DNA of 64,000 nucleotides from NCBI GenBank assembly GCA_022813865.1, contig JALDZX010000017.1, positions 310,001-374,000 on the forward strand, given 5' to 3'. The number at the start of each line of letters is the position of its first letter. Positions within the stretch are counted from its first letter, which is position 1. Below are positions 55,678 through 64,000 of this stretch, piece by piece. Under the pieces are notes generated by a model, which worked only from the letters and a program-made list of their open reading frames with translations, was not told where the DNA came from and made no database searches. The translations under genes were made by a program, and so were the position numbers. The stretch comes from Xylographa opegraphella (taxonomy: Eukaryota).

Positions 55678-56934
55678 ATGGCTTTCTTGACGTCGAGCAT
55701 GGTTACCAGGCAGAAGGCTGTTTGTTATATGAGGGTCTCCGGGCTAGTAACTCCTATCGGACCAAAAGCACACACATGGACTCAAATTCGGCCTATTTCA
55801 ACAAAGGAGACCGGCTTGCCGAGGGTTGTGTGGTCGAAGTGCTCTCGGGTATGCAGATCAGCGAGTAGAAAGCCTACTCATGCTGTTCTAAGGACAGCTT
55901 CAACAGTGGTAACACCGCAAGCCAGAACCTCTCATGCCCCGGAGATTAATGTCCCACTTGTATACGAGGCTCCCAAGACCGGTATCGTTGCTTCTTTACC
56001 GAGGAGTTGGATCCCTTATGCGGAGCTGATCCGTCTGGACAAGCCAACAGGAACCTACTATCTTTTTTTCCCTTGTCTATTCTCGACTCTTATGGGTGCC
56101 ACATATAACGGTGCTGCACCACTTGAAGTTCTTTCTGCGACGATGCTGTTCTTTACTGGCGCTATCATTATGCGTGGGGCAGGCTGTACGATCAATGATC
56201 TGTGGGATCGAAATCTAGATCCGTATGTTGCTCGAACCAGGCTTCGACCGATTGCTCGTGGAGCTGTGGCGCCGTCACGTGCCGTAGTCTTCACTGGCTT
56301 TCAGTTGCTCACGGGTCTGGCTATTCTTCTCCAATTTCCAACATCTTGTCTTTACTACGGCATTCCAAGTCTGTTGCTCGTTGCTACGTACCCGTTGGCC
56401 AAGCGTGTCACGCATTACCCGCAATTTGTCCTTGGTCTTACGTTCTCTTGGGGAGCTCTCATGGGGTTTCCAGCTTTGGGAGTGGACCTAATCGCTGATA
56501 GTACGGCAGCCAAGGCGGCAGGTCTTTTGTATTCGAGCTGTGTCGCGTGGACCGTGCTATACGATATGATCTACGCCCATATGGATATCAAAGACGATGC
56601 CAAGGCTGGAATCAAGAGTATCGCGCTTCGACACAACAAGGAGACCAAGGTGGTTCTCTCAGGTCTGGCAGTGATACAAATCGGACTACTGGCTGCCTCG
56701 GGAATGGCGATCGGAGCCAGTCCGGTCTTCTACATCGGTAGCTGTGGCTCTGCAGCTATAACTCTTGGTACTATGATATGGAAGGTGAAGCTAAAGGACG
56801 TTGGTGACTGCTGGTGGTGGTTCAAGAATGGGGCCTTGCTTACAGGTGGTGGAATAGCAGCTGGATTGTTGGGAGAATACGTGCTGCAGACTAATGGGAA
56901 CAAATACAAAGCTATCAAGCAAGAGCCACTTTGA
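55678..56934 (+). CDS. COQ2: 4-hydroxybenzoate polyprenyltransferase (UbiA family), mitochondrial
   Basis: PYAELIRLDKPTG, RGAGCTINDLWDRNLD..RTRLRPIARG, YPLAKRVT, YDMIYAHMDIKDDAKAGIKS. Arg-rich N-terminus; start codon uncertain. Confidence 0.93.
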   Translation: MAFLTSSMVTRQKAVCYMRVSGLVTPIGPKAHTWTQIRPISTKETGLPRVVWSKCSRVCRSASRKPTHAVLRTASTVVTPQARTSHAPEINVPLVYEAPKTGIVASLPRSWIPYAELIRLDKPTGTYYLFFPCLFSTLMGATYNGAAPLEVLSATMLFFTGAIIMRGAGCTINDLWDRNLDPYVARTRLRPIARGAVAPSRAVVFTGFQLLTGLAILLQFPTSCLYYGIPSLLLVATYPLAKRVTHYPQFVLGLTFSWGALMGFPALGVDLIADSTAAKAAGLLYSSCVAWTVLYDMIYAHMDIKDDAKAGIKSIALRHNKETKVVLSGLAVIQIGLLAASGMAIGASPVFYIGSCGSAAITLGTMIWKVKLKDVGDCWWWFKNGALLTGGGIAAGLLGEYVLQTNGNKYKAIKQEPL

Positions 56935-57613
56935 CGACCTTGGATTTTCTAGAGTGAATAGCTACGTCTCAACTTACCACCACCATTCTGAGCTCTAAGA
57001 TACAAGCAGCCACCGATCCGGAATCCTTCGGAAAGCAGATCGAGAATCAAACACCTAACATTCTCTACGAGCGCACCATGCATGGCATCTCCGAAGTTGT
57101 GAATTAGCTTCGTATTGTTCGTCGCACATTGTTTGCACATCCACCCCGAAGTGCTTTCAGCAGCTTGCATTGTCTGTCATATAGACACTACTTCCCGTGA
57201 ATACTCCAATGGATGCACACACATTGTCCTCGAACAAAATGCATCGGTGTATACACATTGTTTATTTAACGAAAAAAAACTGCTGCATTCAAAGCTCTTC
57301 TCGTCGCAATTATTCTCCAGCTCTCCTGGCCGTCTACAAATACACATTCTGCTGGAGCGGGCCAGTCTATCTACCCACAACTGCTTACACTACAACCATT
57401 CCATCTACAGCAAACCAATCCGCGTCAGGACACTACAAAACACCACCGTCCTCTTCCCTTCTTCGAATCACGCGCAACCTCACCCCTTCAGTCTGCAGAC
57501 GACTCCCAACTCAACCACTCTCCAACCACCACACACCAAACCCTCCATCTCAACACAACCACCCACCCGCGACCACCAGCCCCCACACCAAAACACTCCC
57601 CCAAACAGCAACC

Positions 57614-57910
57614 ATGCCACCCACGCGCCTCCTCCCGCGCCAAAACGACCCCACCATCATCTACGGCACCCCTCCACCCACGCACTTCCCCGACGCCATT
57701 GTCTCCCGGATCCCCACCCCCAACACCACCACCATCGTCGGCGCCATCATCGCCGTCCTCCTCGCCGCCCTCCTCGTCACCGCCATCTGGTGGCTCGTGC
57801 ACCGCGCTCGCGGGACCGGGACCCAACGTACTGCTCTCCAGGTGCTTTTCGGTCATAAAGGGAAGGAGGAGCCTGCGGAGGCGGGGGGGTATTGCATGGC
57901 GGGGCTTTGA
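57614..57910 (+). CDS. Small (98 aa) single-pass membrane protein, unknown function
   Basis: ACC-ATG start, C-ending codon bias, TM helix IVGAIIAVLLAALLVTAIWWLV followed by HRAR (positive-inside). Confidence 0.5.
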   Translation: MPPTRLLPRQNDPTIIYGTPPPTHFPDAIVSRIPTPNTTTIVGAIIAVLLAALLVTAIWWLVHRARGTGTQRTALQVLFGHKGKEEPAEAGGYCMAGL

Positions 57911-59095
57911 GCCGGGAGTTAGGGTCGAAGGTAGGAGCGGAATAGCAGAGGCGGGGTGGGATGATTAATGGACGGACATGTCTTTGATAGATAGCCTAAG
58001 CCCTTGTAACTCCCACGTACCACTATCCTACCTTACTTTACTCGTGCACCACACCTCTCCGGCGTAGCGATCCACCAGACGCAGACGCGAGAGTTTCTCC
58101 CACCCGCCGCCTTTAAACTCTCCCACCAAGTATCCCAGACGCACTATTAACTATAAAGGCACGTTCACCCATCGCTGTTGTCCTCTCATTCCCTATTCAG
58201 CCAGCAGGTCTCGTGCATCAGCCAGCTTCCCCTGGCCCGAGGGCGTCAATAATACTAGCTTTTCTTTCCTGCCCTTTTCGGTTCGATGGCCTGTACGCAC
58301 CACGCTTGGCCTTCCGTCTTCGTCGTCTACACGTCCGCCTAGGGCGCTCTTGCCTAAAAAACTACGCTTCCACGCTCCCCGCTGCCCACCGCTATCAAAG
58401 CCCTGCATCCTCCCATGTCTCGTCCGCGGCATCGCAGTGCAGGACGCCCTTACTCCCAGCCATGCGCGCAGCTAAAGCGGAGCGAGGGTGCGAGAAGAAT
58501 AGCGCAGCCTAGGAGGCCGCTGGCACGGTGGCGGGGTTGGAGGGCAAGGGCAAGGGTTGGTGGTTTGGATGGAGATAAGATGGAGGAGTTGGGGTGAGGG
58601 CCGGGGGTGAGGGTATTTATTCCAGATAGACGAGATGGGGGGGATGATGGAGGACGGGCCGGAGGGGACGGGAACGGGGACGGCGAAGGGCGATGCGTGT
58701 CGTTGGCGGGTGGGTCAAACCTCGTGTGCCCGGCTAGGAGCTATCGTGGGCTATGGCTGGGATGTCTCGCGCCGCAGAACCGCAAAGTCACCAAAGCGGA
58801 TGCACGCACAGGAAGGTATATATTTGTGAAAATTCGGTTCCGTGCAAAGCCGTCCTCATTGCGGTACCTCTTTCTATGGTACCTTCTGCGGGAGGGGAGA
58901 TTTATCGCTGCGCGTTTGCATACAAGTCGACCCAGCCCCCGTGGTCCCTATGAGTTTCTCCTTCGAATATTTCCCCTCGGCTGGTATGCCCCGGCTTTTG
59001 CGTACCACATCGTACCTCTAGCTATTGTACATCTTTTCAAACCATCTGTCGATCGCGTCCTTCTGTTTCTGCTCGCCGATGGGGGTTATGTGCCG

Positions 59096-59998
59096 TCAAT
59101 CTTTAATGGCCGGTTTCGATGCAGCGCTCGAGGGAGCAACTTTGCTTTTTCGCTTTCCAATATTCCAGCCCCATCCCCTTAGTACTTTGACGACCTTGGG
59201 AGTGATAGCTGCCGTGATTGGGACGCGGATAAAAATGAAAGATTTGTGGATGGCGTAAGCAAGAGCCAGTTGTGTCCAGATACCTAGGAAGTAGATGTTA
59301 GCGGTGACGCAGTTACACGGCCAGGGAAAGGGATCTCGGCACCACGAGAGCAATGCTGATCAGGAGTTTCATGTCGATCAACGAACATAGTTTGGAACTA
59401 TGCTCCTGAAGTATTCGAAGAACATACTTGCTGATTCCCCTGCATTCGCCTTTTCCGCGTCCTTGACCCCGTGATCGTACCCAGCTATTGCCCCATCAAC
59501 TGCCACCTGCACCTCTTCCGCACTCTCGCCTCCGGCGCCTCTCCATTTCGCAGGAATTTGTATCGGCACCGCTCTCTTGAACCATTCCACTATGTGATGC
59601 TCCCATTCCCCTATCCGGTCCGTACCGATCGCTCTGACCGCAATAAAACAGAACGGGAAATCGATGGCGGTAAGCAGCAGATAGACGCCGACAGCAGACC
59701 AGCCATATTCACGCGAAAGCTTTCTCATGCGCTGCGAAAGCGTCAAGGAAGGTTCTGGAGAGTTCAGATTCGGGGTTGGGTTGTACTTGGGGGGAGCCGG
59801 CGGCTTTCCCGAGAAGAGTCGTTTTGAAGTAGCTCGGAGGTGTGGATTGTAGCGAAAGGAGCTGGTCAGGTCACCCGAGCGTTGGGGGATGGGAGAACGA
59901 GATGTTTGGTGAACGAAGCGCTGATTGTTTCTCTGGAGCCATCGGAAGGCGTTCCGAGTAGGAAAATCAGTTGGTTGTAGGAGACGGAAGGGAAGCAT
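59096..59998 (-). CDS. NAT2: Mitochondrial DUF1279/FAM210 (Nat2-like) membrane protein; intron ~59284-59428
   Basis: LSQRMRKLSREYGWSAVGVYLLLTAIDFPFCFIAVR; IWTQLALAYAIHKSFIFIRVPITAAITPKVVKVLRGWGW; Arg-rich presequence. Confidence 0.88.
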
Positions 59999-60201
59999 GG
60001 TCTGAGGGGGTCGAAGGCGTCGAGCCAAGCGAAGCTTTCTGCTAGGGATGGACGGTGCCTTTCATGATTGAGGAGGAGTTCAAAGGCCGAGCCATCAGAG
60101 ATCCACGTTAGTAAATGAACACATTTGGTCGGCCCTCCAAAATTCTGAACCTTAAGATACCTGTAGCGTGACGTAAGCCAAATTACTTAATCAGCTAGGA
60201 C

Positions 60202-60229
60202 AGGCACGTGAGGCACGTGAGGCACGTGA
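60202..60229. promoter_or_regulatory. Triple tandem E-box (AGGCACGTG)x3 upstream of NAT2
   Basis: caggcacgtgaggcacgtgaggcacgtga; each reads TCACGTG on the minus strand (Cbf1/bHLH-type). TGACGT nearby at ~60169. Confidence 0.6.
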
Positions 60230-63200
60230 TGCTCTCGGAGGTTCATGAAGCCGGAGTGGACCGTCCGGTCTATAAGCACAGACCACGAAGCACATTAACA
60301 GCAACATAGGCTTCGTTAACGCGATATTTTGCTTTATTGTTCAATTGAAAACTCAGAATCAAGTCCAAAGTCAAGTCTCCATTATATGCTAGATCAAACA
60401 CGAAAGTTTCAGACTCCGATGTCGCACACGACCATCCCCTGAACATCTCCGAAACGTGGAGCTTCATTAATTGTAAGTCTGGGGGAGTAGTAGTGAGGAG
60501 TGGAGGAGAAGCCTTTTTTGTCGATCGAATGTGGAAACCGCCTAGAAGCCGGCATCGTTGCTCTATTTCTGTCAATCCGAGCACTCCGTCCTCAGTCATA
60601 ACAGCAACTAAGATAATGGCTACACGATAGGTATACTCTGCACGCCTTGGAATCATTCTCGGGCATCAACTGAATGTGAGTGAAAGCTCATGCAGATTCC
60701 AGTAACTTGCCCGACTGAAAAATGGTCGTTTTTGGAGGCGTACCCGTACCTCAACGATGACCACGTGCTCGGGGGCCACCGGTTTACCTAAAGCGTTGCT
60801 TTCATTGCCACTTGGTAGCTTTGGAGTCAATATAAAGTGTGGCAATAAGGTTGGAGGCTAACGGGTAAAGATTGTGAAGACCGTCTAGCTCTGAAGAGGT
60901 TTCCCTGTGGCTTGCCTGGAAGGAAGTCAACGCTATTTCTCGAATCCGTATCGTCGCTGCTTAGCTCTCTGAGTCAGCTTTTCGTCACGATGATAGAGCG
61001 TTCCGGCTGGAATTTGCGTAGGGGAAGCAATGACCTGACACACCGCTGCGTAACAGCCCACACTTGTGGAGCCCCCAGGTTGAATGAGTGATGATCAGAA
61101 CAGGAGACAGGAAGCCGTAGACAAGTGCCTGACTAGGACATGGCCGCCCCACGGCTGCATGCTAACCCGGTCCTTGTCGCGTGTGAACAACTTCGATGTT
61201 AGATTCTCATAAAAGTAATTTTCTGGCATCAGTCTTTGGTTTTCTGAAGTCAGACGCCTATCGAAAACTATGCTTCAGAGCTTAGCCCTTCCGCAATGAC
61301 TGCTCGACCGAAACAACAGCAGGTAGAAAGTTAAAGACCGCCACTGTAATTGTTTGAACAAGGCTCGCCAACCTCTCACGACAGTGGTAGGAATTGTAGA
61401 GAAGCACGAAATGATGGCAACGGCAGAGGACATCAATTAGGAACAATACGGCAGGCCATTCCGGCTTCAGGTCTCCAGAGTTCCTGACGTGCAAGGGGTG
61501 CATCTTTCACTTGCTCGGGAAGGATCATGGCGGTGGGACGAGTACTAACGGTCCTATCAACCCGGAAGCCCAACAACTCTATTTCCGCCGTGAAAAAGTC
61601 AAAGCCAGCCTGACTTTATCAAAGGTTCTCCACCGGGCCAAGACAGCCGCCGCGCTCGTCTCGAACTCTGTCGGTCTAGCGACGTTTAGTCAGAAAGGCT
61701 CGATGAGGGCGAATGCTCCCGTCAGCCTCGCTTTTTCACTTGTTCAAGCGGTCATGAAGCACTACCACAGCCAAGGGGACCGAGCGCGGGAGGGCGAGTC
61801 CCAGTTGAAGAGCCGACGGCCCGGGTCGAGAGCATGAGCTTGGGATTGGAGGCTCGGAGACGAAAGGGTTTGCGACAACAGGTAACCAGCTCGGGGTCAC
61901 AGGGGAGAGCATGGGGAAGTGGGGAAGACATTATGACCATCAGGGTTAGATAGGGACCGCACGGCGGTACTACGGAGTTCCAGTTGCTAGCAGAGCTGCA
62001 CTCGCGAGCAAGTCCTCTAGTGCCGCATGCTCGTGGCTTGCATGCACCTGTTGTGGTAGGTAGAGCCCGGCCGAGGGTTGGAGAACGGTTAGATAGCTGG
62101 TACAATGGCCTGGGATATCTGGGGCTGCAGACCGGGGGTCTGAGAAGGTAGAAGCGGAGTGTCAAAGGCGTCATGGACTAAAAGGGCATTGCAGGCCCAA
62201 GAAATGCCATGCCATTGTTGCACAGGAGCTGAGCTGGTTCGTCCCGCGAGTGTATGGAGGAGCAGACTAGGATTATCAAGGCCGAAGGCCAGCAGAGCCG
62301 ACGACGCCTGTGGCCCAATCCGGTCGACGTTGAGGCCCTGCCGCCGGCACATCACACGCCGGACAGTAGGAGACATGCAATGCAGGCAGGGATGCGGGTC
62401 TTAGTGCAGTGGTCCGGACAGACGTCAAACTCCCAGCAGGGACTTAATGCACCGCAGATTGTGATGGGCAAAAGGAAACGAAGTGGAAGAGCACCAAAGA
62501 GTGGTTCACGGCGTTGGAGCCAGCCTCGCCAAAAGAAAAGCGGTCCGTGCACATGGAAAGGGAGGCAACGACAGTTCATGAAAAGAGGCCCAAGCACATC
62601 CACGATGGCCTTGCTCGTCGCTGGTCGCCGGCAGAGATGGTCATGATGCTCATGATGCTCATCAATTACCATCATCGCCGACCGAACAGCACAGCACATC
62701 GTGTGCACTACTGGCAAGCATGGCAGCGATACGTAACCCCCCCTTCTCCGGTGTGCCCAAATCAGTGTTTTTGCCCACCGGCAGGGGTGACGGGCGGGCT
62801 CACGCCGGTGGCATGGCAAGCTCAAAGTGTAATCGATATTGGCATTTCTGCTGCTCACGCCATCGTGATAGGAGTGTTTGAATCCCAGCATTCCGAGCCA
62901 GCAGATTGATAGTGTGTGATGGCTGACTGTACCGTCCCCTTCAAAATCCCCCCCTGCCACGGACCATCGACCGCCAGGCTCCCGGCTTCAGGCCTGAGGG
63001 GAAGGCTTGGCCGAGCCAGAGCCGGAACCGTCGACGACACCCACGAGGGGAGGCGAGCCAGGCCCACGCCGAACATGGGGAAAGAAGGCAGAAGGCAAGG
63101 GCCGACCGTGATTCAGAGTCGCCGCATTTCACCTGAGTAAGATCACCACGGCACCTTTCGCGGTAGACAGCGTCCAAGCTTCGCTGGTTCGGGACTTGCA

Positions 63201-64000
63201 GAGGTGACGAGTCGCGGTCCGCTAATGTTGGTGTGCCCGTGGTGGAGGAAGGGCCGCTACTCGCAGTGCCCGAGACTATTATACCTTACCTTACCTGACT
63301 GCGTATAGGTATACAGTAGGTACCAAAATAGGCCAAGGTTAAGGTGACTTTCACCTTAGGCCTTAGGGTAGATACGTAGTCTCCCAGTCTACCGAATCGC
63401 CTGACAAAATTGACGATATTCATCACCCATCACTTAATGAAGCCTCATTCGCGAAGCCCCAACGGATCGAGCCTCGAGCAGCAGCCAAAACACCACCCTG
63501 CTGATCATGGTAGATTGCAGCACGCGGTGCCGTGAGATGAGCCCAGCCTGTTCCGTCCCTCTGCGGTCCCCGTCACGCATGAGACGAAGTTGTTTCGTTG
63601 TGCTCAGCAGTCTTTTTTGTGGCCTTGATCTGGCCTTTGTGCGTAATTCTCCGGACACGCATCGATGATGCATGTAGCTTGGCTCCCCCCCTACTTTCCC
63701 ACTCACACACCCCCGGAAAACCCATGTTATTTCCCTGCCGTTGGCGCACTTTACCCCGGTCGACTTCCGTCCGTTTGGCAGGTGTCATCCTCACCCTTGC
63801 CCTACGATGGCCCACTTTCCAACCATCCACCCCCCCCATCCCGTCACAACATCACATGGCGGAAACGTCCCAACGTTCTTTACTCCCCTTTGTCTCCAAA
63901 CACCATACTTTCGGGGTAAATTCCCCAGCGGCGCGTCCGGTTCGATCAGCAGCCATGGGTACGTGTTTTATCGAGCTGGCTGAACCTACCGATGCAGTGC

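Noticed and set aside
60042..60065. 7-codon uORF (MKGTVHP) upstream of NAT2
   Set aside because: May lie upstream of the TSS; no evidence of function.
60270..64000. Numerous 60-200 aa ORFs at the window end
   Set aside because: No domains or codon bias; probably intergenic or regulatory sequence of a gene beyond the window.

Overview
Eukaryotic genomic DNA from a filamentous ascomycete (Pezizomycotina; short GT-AG introns with CTRAY branch sites). It holds about 19 protein-coding genes. Most are conserved: an RlpA/expansin-like secreted protein, RSP5 HECT ligase, PAB2, CCZ1, a velvet factor (VelC-like), a Sel1/MSS2-like mitochondrial protein, acyl-CoA oxidase, GH15-CBM20 glucoamylase, a Cys-rich GPI protein, BUD6, PBP1, alanine-glyoxylate aminotransferase, a JmjC/zf-4CXXC protein, COQ2 and NAT2/FAM210. 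A small accessory segment lies at about 27.3-33.3 kb. Best leads: (1) AGX1 has an AUG-less in-frame N-terminal extension with two CUG codons in strong context, a mitochondrial-type presequence and a perfect PTS2, suggesting up to three targeted isoforms from non-AUG initiation; (2) an intact Pol III tRNA-like gene whose anticodon loop is replaced by an 87-nt insert; (3) a 285-nt glucoamylase intron made of four tandem hairpins; (4) repeated GC-rich islands that switch from C-skew to G-skew and cut across gene boundaries. All gene names come from recognising motifs; no database search was run.
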